The notes under the pieces: model-generated
Databases searched by the model: none
Seen by the model: the letters and a program-made list of their open reading frames with translations, nothing else
What the model was told of the DNA's origin: nothing
Part shown: one piece after another, positions 27,906-35,581 of the stretch
Position numbering within the stretch: position 1 is the first letter of the stretch
Layout: the number at the start of each line of letters is the position of its first letter
Sequence record: ON529855.1
Length of the DNA stretch: 64,000 bases
Reading direction: 5' to 3' (one strand)
Program-made: the position numbers and the translations under genes

Positions 27906-28271
27906 TTAACGGCTGGGTGCGCTTAGGCGGGCGATGATTTCGTCGTTCGTCATCGTGTCCATCAGGTCTTGCACCTGCCGGGCCTTGTCATCCTCGACCG
28001 CCTGGGCCGCCGCCTGGGCGCGGCGATGCTCGGCCAGCGCCGCCTTGCCGGCCTCGGTGGTCTCCGGGTCGATGGTCATGTAAAGGCTGACCTCGCGGCC
28101 CTGCCGATCCACGAAGGTCAGGCTTCCAGACGGCCGCACCTTGACGGTGAACTGCGCCTTGACCAGCCGCTCGGCGGTCTCCTGACCGAAGTCCCCGCCG
28201 AAGCTGCCGCCCGCCGCCTTGACGGTGTTGTCGCTCTTGAGCCGGGTGTGATAGCCGATGTTCTTGAACAT
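27906..28271 (-). CDS. hypothetical protein (121 aa)
   Basis: AAGGAG RBS before ATG 28271; stop inside box 27895. Confidence 0.75.
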   Translation of the reverse strand: MFKNIGYHTRLKSDNTVKAAGGSFGGDFGQETAERLVKAQFTVKVRPSGSLTFVDRQGREVSLYMTIDPETTEAGKAALAEHRRAQAAAQAVEDDKARQVQDLMDTMTNDEIIARLSAPSR

Positions 28272-28282
28272 GGGGTCGCTCC

Positions 28283-28621
28283 TTAGAAGGGAATGTCGTC
28301 GTCGAACGACGGGGGCGGGGCGTAGGTCTGGGCGGCGCGCGCGCGGCGGGCGGCGTCCATCTCGGCGCGCTCCTCGTCCGTCGCACCCCAATACTCGTCG
28401 TCTTCCGGGTGCGCGCCGGGCTCGCCGCGATAGTGCGGGTTCTTCACCCAAGCGTCGAACGGGTGCAGCAGCCACTCCACGTCAGGCGCCTCGAAGCCTT
28501 CCGACTGAGCGAACCCCGACAGGGCCAGGCTCATGTATTCGCCCTGGCTCAGCGACTCCATCGCCAGAGCGTCTTCCTTTTCGCGGCGGGCCTCTTCGGC
28601 CATTTCGATCACATCGCGCAT
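28283..28621 (-). CDS. small acidic protein ending in an SSB-type tail FDDDIPF (112 aa)
   Basis: AAGGAGAGA RBS; CtrA box 28663; no recognisable OB fold. Confidence 0.75.
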   Translation of the reverse strand: MRDVIEMAEEARREKEDALAMESLSQGEYMSLALSGFAQSEGFEAPDVEWLLHPFDAWVKNPHYRGEPGAHPEDDEYWGATDEERAEMDAARRARAAQTYAPPPSFDDDIPF

Positions 28622-28864
28622 CGGCGTCTCTCCTTGTGAGCCCCCTTTATGACAGCCAGAAGTTAACAACAAGTTAACGGCGGCGCTTTTCTGCATTTTT
28701 CTTCGGGGGGGCGGCGGCGGGCGTTAACCTTAATAGCCTGTTAAGGTTAACGGGCGGCTTCCAGCCTGGGAAACGGCGTCCCGGAACGGGACGCCTCTCC
28801 TAGAAGGTGAGCAGGATGACCAGCAGGGCCAGAAAGAGGCGGGAGGCGCCGGCCAGCTTGTCGA

Positions 28865-29335
28865 TCAAGACGCGTTGTCCGCCTTCATCGCCGCGCACAG
28901 GGTCTCGACCAGCCGCTTGTGGCGCGCCAGAGCGGCGGGGTCCGTGCGGTCGCCTTGGAAGGGGACCAGCACCAGAGGCGTGGCCGAGGGGTCCAGCGCC
29001 CAGAAGATTTCGGTCTCGCCGTCCGTCATCTGGAAGCTATAGACGTTCAGGTCGGCTGGGGCGTGGTCGAGGAAATAGACGCGGCCGTTGAACCGGGCGT
29101 TGAAGGGCTGTTCCGGCGTCGCCAAGTCGATCTCGGCCAGCACGGCGTCGCGCACGGCGTCAATCGGGTGGACGCCGTCTTCACCGGTTTCGTCAGGACG
29201 GGATTCGGCCTCGGCCTCCGCGTCGCGCTTGATGTCCTCGACCACGGCGGCGCGCGCCTCCTCCCAAGTCGCGCTGGCGCTAGGCTCCTCGTCGGGCATG
29301 AAGCCCGAGACGTTCGATCCGGTCACATAAGGCAT
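28865..29335 (-). CDS. hypothetical protein (G-MPD motif, 156 aa)
   Basis: GGGAGA RBS; CtrA box 29383. Confidence 0.75.
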   Translation of the reverse strand: MPYVTGSNVSGFMPDEEPSASATWEEARAAVVEDIKRDAEAEAESRPDETGEDGVHPIDAVRDAVLAEIDLATPEQPFNARFNGRVYFLDHAPADLNVYSFQMTDGETEIFWALDPSATPLVLVPFQGDRTDPAALARHKRLVETLCAAMKADNAS

Positions 29336-29426
29336 CGGGGTCTCCCTTGTTGATGCGAGGCTGCAATCTACGCGACAAGGTCTTAACAAAAAGTTAACAG
29401 CAGCGCAATCGCTTTTCTTCGCGATG

Positions 29427-29455
29427 TTAACCTCTTGTTAACTTCTTCGTGGGAT
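29427..29455 (+). promoter_or_regulatory. Plus-strand CtrA-box promoter TTAACCTCTTGTTAAC
   Basis: Exact reverse complement of the cassette box, divergent from box 29383, drives the 29489 gene. Confidence 0.85.
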
Positions 29456-29488
29456 AAGGGACAGGTCAACAAAAACAGGAGATCGCCG

Positions 29489-29734
29489 ATGGGCGAAGTC
29501 ATCCCTCACCGCGTCTGGCATCACAAGCCGTCCGGGCGCACCGCCAGCATCTTCGGCGCCGTCCCTTGGGTCTCGGCGGCGCAAGAGTCCGAATGGGAAC
29601 GGGTCACGGTCGGCTGGACCGTCCGCCACCCGGACGGCACGACCGGGGTCGGTCGCTTCGCCTTCGAGACGAAGGACGAGGCGCAGGCTTGGGTCGATAA
29701 GAATCCGAACTATCCGGGCAACCAGCAGGACTAG
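29489..29734 (+). CDS. conserved phage hypothetical protein (81 aa)
   Basis: AGGAGA RBS; only plus-strand gene of the cassette region; hairpin after the stop. Confidence 0.75.
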   Translation: MGEVIPHRVWHHKPSGRTASIFGAVPWVSAAQESEWERVTVGWTVRHPDGTTGVGRFAFETKDEAQAWVDKNPNYPGNQQD

Positions 29735-29788
29735 GAACAGGGGCGTCGGTCGCAAGGCCGGCGCCCTTCGTCTTTGCGACCCGCTCGC

Positions 29789-30150
29789 GTTAACCTTAAC
29801 AGAGCGTTAACCTTAATGCCCCTGCCCGCTCTAGGGGTATGACCGGGTATGACCAGGTATGACCGGGTCATACCGGCGCGGATTCCCGCTGAAAATCACC
29901 CGAATTCGCCGAATTGCGCCCAAAATCGCCGGATTTTGACCCTAAATCACTGTTTTTGCTCGATTTTTCGGTATTTCAGGCCCGGCGGCGGCCGTTAACC
30001 TTAACAGGGCGTTAACCTTAACGCGGTTTTGGTTAACGGGGCATTAACCTTAACGCCTGGATGGTTAACGTGGCGTTAACCTTAACGCGGTGATGGTTAA
30101 CGGGCCGTTAACCTTGACGGCGGGAGGGTTAACGGCCCCAGGGTTAATCG
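29789..30150. repeat. Dense non-coding cluster of TTAA-N7-TTAA and GTTAACCTTAAC elements
   Basis: N7 pairs at 29796, 30001, 30033, 30065, 30097 interleaved with N2 pairs. Confidence 0.85.
29834..29875. repeat. 10-bp tandem GGTATGACCR x3 followed by its inverse GGTCATACC
   Basis: gggtatgaccgggtatgaccaggtatgaccgggtcatacc. Confidence 0.85.
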
Positions 30151-30154
30151 GGGC

Positions 30155-30412
30155 GGCGTCAAATCGCGCTCGCGTCAAATTCGGCCGGCGTCAAATCGAA
30201 ACGCCGTCAAGTCAAGTCTGTCGCGTTGAAGCGCGCTCGCGTCAAATCGGCCGATCGTCAAATCGCGCTCCCGTCAAATCCAGATCGCGTCAAATTCGCG
30301 GGGCGTCAAATCGACCGGGCGTCAAATCGCGCTCCCGTCAAATCGACCGGGCGTCAAATCGGCGAGGCGTCAAGTCGACCGGGCGGCCTGAAGCGGGCCG
30401 GCGTCAAGTCGG
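30155..30412. repeat. CGTCAAAT(C/T) repeat array, about 16-17 bp period, about 14 copies
   Basis: Includes GTCAAATCGAAACGCCGTCAAGTCAAG, nearly the same as the 12.1-12.2 kb unit. Confidence 0.9.
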
Positions 30413-30608
30413 GCTGCCAGGGCGCGCCCGAGCGGGCTTGCGCGGCGCTCCGCCTCCCAGGGAGGACGCCTGGAAGAAACGGCCTGAAGCGCGCCCCAGC
30501 GCCTCTTTTTACCCTGAGCCGGGGCAGGGTCAAGCCGAACAGGGTCGAGAAGGCCGTTTTCCGGGCCGTGGAGCGCCCTGGCGCGGGCGGGGCGTCCGCA
30601 GGCTCGGC

Positions 30609-31060
30609 AGAGTCACGAAACCCATCCACGGGCCGGAAAACCAGGCAGGACGGGCGATTGTCAGTCATGATACCTACGAAGCGTGACTCTGCCGGGATTT
30701 TTGTCAGTCACGAAACCCGGAGGCGGGCTTCGCCGGCGATCCTGGCGCCCAGGCGGGTCAGTGTCAGCGGTTGTGTCAATGCGGGACACAATAAGGCAGG
30801 ATTAGGGCGAAATGGGATTTCAGGGCGGAGTCACGTTTGCCGAAACGGGCGCTCGGGACTGCTGTTGATTTTATTGAGGTTTTTCGCCGGAGCCGGACGT
30901 TTTGGAGTCACGATTGCCGTTGTGCGGTGCAGCAATGCGCCGGATTTGGGTGGGTCCAGGCGGGGCGAAACAGAGTCACGTTTTCCTAAGCCTTTGGGAT
31001 CATTACGCTTTTCAGGCGGGGCCAACACCTGAGTCACGGTTGACACGAACGATGACTCCG
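30609..31060. promoter_or_regulatory. Cluster of (G/C)AGTCAY(G) half-sites including two AGTCAY-N14-RTGAC palindromes
   Basis: Half-sites near 30610, 30663, 30706, 30828, 30904, 30972, 31031; full pairs at about 30664-30687 and 31033-31056. Confidence 0.75.
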
Positions 31061-31138
31061 TCAGTCAGAGGCCCAAAAACAAGAAAATCGGTGTAAAAAC
31101 AGTGATTTAGGGCCGTTTTTCGGGATTTAGGGGTGAAA

Positions 31139-31321
31139 TTAGCGGCGATTCCGGTGAAATCGGTCGATGGCGGTGTCGTGAGGGGCTTGCCGCCCGTCAA
31201 AACGCCCTGCACGCTCCCGATGACGCCGTTTGCGCTCCCAGGGACCGGGCCAGATGATCTGGACGGTCCAGACCAGCAGCAGGAGGAACACAAAGGCCCC
31301 CATGACGATCGCTACCCACAT
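31139..31321 (-). CDS. possible small membrane protein (60 aa)
   Basis: N-terminal hydrophobic helix; GGAGAG upstream. Confidence 0.4.
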   Translation of the reverse strand: MWVAIVMGAFVFLLLLVWTVQIIWPGPWERKRRHRERAGRFDGRQAPHDTAIDRFHRNRR

Positions 31322-31349
31322 CGCGCGCTCTCCGTGACCTGGTGAATGA

Positions 31350-31560
31350 CCAGGGTCCCCGCCGGATGAATCTGGAGGGTCCCCCGACCGAAAATTCGCC
31401 AGGGTCCCTGGACGAAAAATTCCAAAGGGTCCCCGGCCGTTAATTCAGCAGGGTCCCCCGGTCGAAAAATCCCGAGGGGTCCCCGCGTTGAATTCGCCAG
31501 GGTCCCTGGGCGATGAATCCAGACGGGTCCCCGGTCCAGAAAATCCGGAAGGGTCCCCGC
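31350..31560. repeat. AGGGTCCCC array, 24-26 bp period, about 9 copies
   Basis: Core preceded by an RAAWT tract, as in the arrays at 511 and 13305. Confidence 0.9.
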
Positions 31561-31918
31561 AGGCTATCACGGTCGGGCCGGCGCCGCCATGGGCGCGCGG
31601 CGTTAACCTTAATGGCGCGTTAACCATGCCTGTTAAGGTTAACGCGGGGCCGGCCGCCGTTAACCCTCTGATCGTTAAGGTTAATGCCGCCGGGTGGCTG
31701 GCGCGAGATCGTTGACAGGGGACTCAGTTGGTCTGTCGCACTTATGACACAGTCCGAGGGCGCCGTTGTCTGTCAACAAATCGCGTCTGGAATGCGCTTC
31801 CAGCGGAGCCCCGATTTTGAACCCTCTCCTATTCTTTCATGGATCATATCCCAACATCCAAAGAAAAAGGCCGGTGCAGCGCACCGACCCCTTTCGAGTC
31901 AGATTGTGGAGAGGCTGA

Positions 31919-34642
31919 TCAGCCGAACGAGCCGATCTTGCGGGAGCCGAAGCGGGTCCGGGACCCCTTCATCCACTGGAGGGCCTGGGTCATGGCGTCC
32001 ACCTGGTCGTCGTGTGCGCCTTCGGGGAACTGCCCGACTTCCTTGGTGAAGGCGTCCATCCATTCGGCCTTCTTGGGCAGGAAGACGTCGCCGGCCGTGA
32101 TCAGCGGACTGACCTCGTCGAAGCGGAATTCCTTGGACTGGCCCTTGGGGTCGATGCCGACGATGGGGGCCGGCGCCAGGCGGCGGTGACTGGTCGTCTG
32201 CCCCCGGTTCTGGATGTAGGCGGTGCCCTGGCCCTTGTCTTCGACCAGGATCACATCGACGCCGTCCTTGACCGCCTGCTGTTCGATCATCTCGATCATG
32301 GCGTCGAACTCGACCTTCTTGCGGGTCTGGCGCAGCAGGTAATACTGCCGGTCGTTGGTCTCGCCCCAGGTCTGCACGACCGTGTAGTCGGCCCGCTGAT
32401 TGACCTTGGCGGCGCAGTCGACCGACAGGACGATGCGGCGGAAGTGGGCGCGCTTGTTCGGGATCGCCTTGCCGTGCTCGTCGACATGGCCCTCGGCGCG
32501 CTGCTTCTTCAGCGCCTCCTCGGTCAGGTGCGGGGGCCGCTCGTAATACTGGAAGCGGCCGGCGATCGAGTCGTCGGAGGTCGCGGTGGCGTTCTGCTGG
32601 TAGACCAGGGCGAAACGCTGGTAGGACCATTCGGTCTTCTTCGTCTTGAAGAAGGACAGATCGTAGTAGTCCCACAGGACGTCGCCCAGCTTGCGCCCGA
32701 GCACGTCGGTGTCCTCGTCGATGCACAGCGCCGGCGCCTCGACCTGGGTCCACTGGGCGTAGGCCGGCAGGCGCGGGTTCATCTCCATCAGGTGGCCCGT
32801 CAGGTCGTGCTCGTGGAAGCGCGTCATGATCAGGAACATCTTGCCGAAGGGCAGCATCCGCGAACCGATGTCGCCGACGAACCAGGTGTTGACCTTCTCG
32901 CGGGCGGCGGCGGATTCCGCCTCCTCGATCTTGGCGTAGGGGTCATCGACGCAGGCGAAGTTGGCGCGGAAACCGTGGACGGCCTGCCCGGTGCCCTTGG
33001 CGACATACTGTCCGCCGTAGCCGGCGATGGCCCACTGGTCGGCGGCGCGGGTGGCGTAGTCGACCACCACCTCGGGGAAGACCCGACGGAACTCCTGACC
33101 GCCGACCAGGGAGCGAATCTTCTTGGAGAACTCGTTCTCGACGAAGCGCTGGCTGTGGCCGCCGCCGATGATCTTCAGCTTGGGATTGCGGCCCAGACGC
33201 CAGGCGACGAACAGGCGCGAGGCGTAGGTCGAGTTGTGCACCACGACGCCGTCGGCGGTGAAGGTGTGGTCGCCGAACACGGTCAGGCAGCGGCACTCGC
33301 CGGAGCCGGCCGCCTCGACCATCAGCACCTTGTCCGTCACCTTCGAGCCGTAGGGCAGACGCTTGGCGACGAAGTCCGGTTCGTGGCGGCCGTGGAAGCT
33401 GATGCCGGAATCGAGCAGGCGTTCGATCGCCGGACCCTTGACGATGAGCGCGGCGCGACGGTTCGGCTGCGGGTGATCGACCACGGCGTCGACGTCGTAG
33501 CGCGCCAGCAGCTTTTGCAGGTCCTGGGCGAAGCCGACCGACTTGATCCAGGCGATCAACGTGGCCTGGCTATACTTCTTCGGCGTCTCGCCGCGCAGGC
33601 GGAAGTAGGTCGTCAGGAAGTGCTTGATCTTCTCGTCGTCGCCCCGGAACACGAACTCGGGCACGCGGCGTTCGCCGGCGCGCTTGGTCATACCGAGTAG
33701 TTCCTGGTAGGGCCGGGTCGTCTTCGAGCGCAGACGGATCAGGTGGCGCTTGTTCGCCGGGACCCAGCGGCGGGCGTAGCGGATGCCCAGAGCGTCCAGC
33801 ACGCCTTCAGCCTCCTCGACATGGGCCAGGGAGGAGAACCACATCTGGAGGTTCTGGTAGGGCGTGCCGTTCGGGGCCGTCGCGTCGGTGAAGGAGCCGA
33901 AGGCGGCGACGAAGGCCGCCAGCGCGAAGACATCCTTGGTATGACCGGAGGTGTCCTCGGGTTTTTCCGGGGTATGGCTGGTCATACCGACCACGCTCAG
34001 GTTCATGCGCGGGCGCAGGTTCTGGGCTTCGATCCAGTCGCCGTCGACCAGGAAGGGATGGTCCGGGGCCGACAGGATCGTGCGACCCTTTTCGGTCGTG
34101 ATCTTCAGCAGCGGCAGTTCGCCCTGGACGTGAACCGCCTCGACCTTGCGGCGGCGGCCGGCGTGGGTGACGACCTCCTCGCCGACTTCGATGTCGCCCA
34201 GGGCCTTGTAGGCGCCCGACCCCATCAGGACCGGGGTGGAGACGTGCAGCGGCTTGGCGTGGCCGGGCGGGCAGTTCAGGATGAAGCGATCCAGTTCGGG
34301 ATCGTTCTCGATCTTCTGGAGCAGTTCGGTCAGGTAGATGTGCCACTTCGATTCCGGCGGCTCATCGGGCGAGACGTATTCGCAGAAGGCGTTGAAGTCG
34401 TCGCGGGCCAGCGGCAGCAGCCGCTCCAGGTGACGCTTTTGCAGTTCGTCGCTCAGCCCCATCAGGGCGTCGATCTGCTGGTTGGTCTCGTGCACCCCGG
34501 TGATCTTGATGATCCCCTGGCGGGTGTTGTCGGGCAGGATCAGGCCGCGTTCCGCCGAACGCTTGGCTTCGGCCGCGAGGCTCTGGAGTTGGTTGACGGC
34601 CTGGCGCGCTTTGATGCGGTCGGCGATGATGTAGTCGGACAT
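31919..34642 (-). CDS. terL: terminase large subunit, intein-containing (907 aa precursor, about 567 aa spliced)
   Basis: Walker A PPGHAK|ST, Walker B ACVDDP, coupling motif IMTRFHE-DL-G, C-terminal nuclease VDCA...ADYT...EDKGQG...HDDQVDA. Confidence 0.95.
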   Translation of the reverse strand: MSDYIIADRIKARQAVNQLQSLAAEAKRSAERGLILPDNTRQGIIKITGVHETNQQIDALMGLSDELQKRHLERLLPLARDDFNAFCEYVSPDEPPESKWHIYLTELLQKIENDPELDRFILNCPPGHAKPLHVSTPVLMGSGAYKALGDIEVGEEVVTHAGRRRKVEAVHVQGELPLLKITTEKGRTILSAPDHPFLVDGDWIEAQNLRPRMNLSVVGMTSHTPEKPEDTSGHTKDVFALAAFVAAFGSFTDATAPNGTPYQNLQMWFSSLAHVEEAEGVLDALGIRYARRWVPANKRHLIRLRSKTTRPYQELLGMTKRAGERRVPEFVFRGDDEKIKHFLTTYFRLRGETPKKYSQATLIAWIKSVGFAQDLQKLLARYDVDAVVDHPQPNRRAALIVKGPAIERLLDSGISFHGRHEPDFVAKRLPYGSKVTDKVLMVEAAGSGECRCLTVFGDHTFTADGVVVHNSTYASRLFVAWRLGRNPKLKIIGGGHSQRFVENEFSKKIRSLVGGQEFRRVFPEVVVDYATRAADQWAIAGYGGQYVAKGTGQAVHGFRANFACVDDPYAKIEEAESAAAREKVNTWFVGDIGSRMLPFGKMFLIMTRFHEHDLTGHLMEMNPRLPAYAQWTQVEAPALCIDEDTDVLGRKLGDVLWDYYDLSFFKTKKTEWSYQRFALVYQQNATATSDDSIAGRFQYYERPPHLTEEALKKQRAEGHVDEHGKAIPNKRAHFRRIVLSVDCAAKVNQRADYTVVQTWGETNDRQYYLLRQTRKKVEFDAMIEMIEQQAVKDGVDVILVEDKGQGTAYIQNRGQTTSHRRLAPAPIVGIDPKGQSKEFRFDEVSPLITAGDVFLPKKAEWMDAFTKEVGQFPEGAHDDQVDAMTQALQWMKGSRTRFGSRKIGSFG
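33233..34252 (-). mobile_element. 340-aa intein with degenerate LAGLIDADG-type insert, inserted in the TerL Walker A motif
   Basis: Starts PLHVSTPV, block B SAPDHPF, block F CRCLTV, ends VVVHN followed by Ser; removal restores GHAKST. Confidence 0.9.
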
Positions 34643-34646
34643 GCTG

Positions 34647-34883
34647 TCAGTGGGTCTCGTGAGTGTCGAGCGCAACGGCCGCCAGCAGGTCGTCGACATG
34701 GTAGATGAGGTCCGCATCGCCGAGATGGCGCGTCAGGTGACGAATGGTGCGGAGGGTGTTTTCAAGCCGCAGGATGCGGCGGCGAAGGCGCGAGGCGCGG
34801 AGCATCAGCCCCGCCACCCCGATCAGGTAGACCGCGCTCATCGTGAGCATGGCCCACAGGAAGATCGGCGGCAGTTCAGGCAT
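34647..34883 (-). CDS. small membrane protein (78 aa)
   Basis: N-terminal TM helix; coupled between terS and terL. Confidence 0.65.
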   Translation of the reverse strand: MPELPPIFLWAMLTMSAVYLIGVAGLMLRASRLRRRILRLENTLRTIRHLTRHLGDADLIYHVDDLLAAVALDTHETH

Positions 34884-35572
34884 CAGGAGAAGTCCGGCTC
34901 ATCGAAGGCTTCGAGCGGCTCCAGGGCGTCCAGCTTGCCCATCACGTCGGCGGCGCGCGCGTCGTCCATCAGGGCGACGTCGGTCTCCGATCCGGTCGTC
35001 AGCTTGCGATCCTTGGGATCGATCCGCTCCTTCTTGACGTGGCCCTGGATCAACTCCATCGCCGTGTCGTGACCGAACTCACGGCTCAGTTCCGCCTCGG
35101 ACTTCTCCGACTGCGGCAGGGCGCCGATGGCGTCGCCCAGAACCGCATCCAGTTTGTCCAGGTCGAAGGATTGCGGCACGCTCGACCCGGTGTCGTCGCC
35201 CTGACCGCCCGAGAACATGCCCAGGTCCTTGCCGATCAGTTCCAGGGCCGCGTTGGATTCCTTGAACTGCCCGTCGGCGGCGGCGTTCTGCGCGTTCTCG
35301 GCCAGCTTCTGGATGACGAAGGCGCGGCTGACGCCGGTCATCTGTCCGACGACCTTGGCGGCCTCGACGGCGGCGAGCCGCTGGGCCTCGCGCTGGGCCT
35401 TCTGGTCCTCGTAAAGTTCTTCGATCCGGGCGATGACGTCCGGGTCGGTCTCCAGGTGCTGGGTGGAGGAGCCCGGCGCGTAACCGGCCGCCATGGCGGC
35501 CTTGGCGGCGTTCATTCCCTTGGCGCGGTGGCGCGCGTAGAGTTCGTTGCGTTCGTTGGCGAGTCTTGCCAC
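34883..35572 (-). CDS. terS: terminase small subunit
   Basis: N-terminal HTH YAR-RAKG-NAAKAA-AAGY, V---L---A...A---L---LGM oligomerisation segment, directly upstream of terL. Confidence 0.8.
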   Translation of the reverse strand: MARLANERNELYARHRAKGMNAAKAAMAAGYAPGSSTQHLETDPDVIARIEELYEDQKAQREAQRLAAVEAAKVVGQMTGVSRAFVIQKLAENAQNAAADGQFKESNAALELIGKDLGMFSGGQGDDTGSSVPQSFDLDKLDAVLGDAIGALPQSEKSEAELSREFGHDTAMELIQGHVKKERIDPKDRKLTTGSETDVALMDDARAADVMGKLDALEPLEAFDEPDFS

Positions 35573-35581
35573 TGTGGTTTA

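Larger units (their letters stand above)
13598..29397 (-). promoter_or_regulatory. Array of 22 CtrA-box (TTAA-N7-TTAA) promoters, right block
   Basis: Boxes start at 13598, 14268, 15106, 15999, 16937, 17528, 18296, 19145, 20028, 20658, 21621, 22012, 23095, 23673, 24210, 25357, 26033, 26761, 27314, 27895, 28663, 29383; each precedes a minus-strand ORF with the same geometry. Confidence 0.9.

Noticed and set aside
28283-28621. Annotating the DDDIPF protein as a true SSB
   Set aside because: Too short and no OB-fold pattern; only the tail matches.
13-29441. CRISPR array or integron interpretation of the recurring GTTAACAAGAGGTTAA repeat
   Set aside because: Intervals are 300-1000 bp and contain whole genes with RBS. 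The repeat has promoter geometry, there are no attC-like palindromes, and no cas or integrase gene is in the window.
30090-31046. ORFs of 198, 268, 104 and 71 aa across the right junction
   Set aside because: Low-complexity translations of the repeat arrays with no translation signals.
31350-31560. AGGGTCCCC arrays as mini-CRISPRs
   Set aside because: The conserved core is about 9 bp with a 24-26 bp period, too short for repeat-spacer units; no leader or cas genes.
32012-34708. Long plus-strand ORFs (562 aa, 321 aa) opposite terL
   Set aside because: Antisense shadows typical of high-GC coding DNA; no RBS or motifs.
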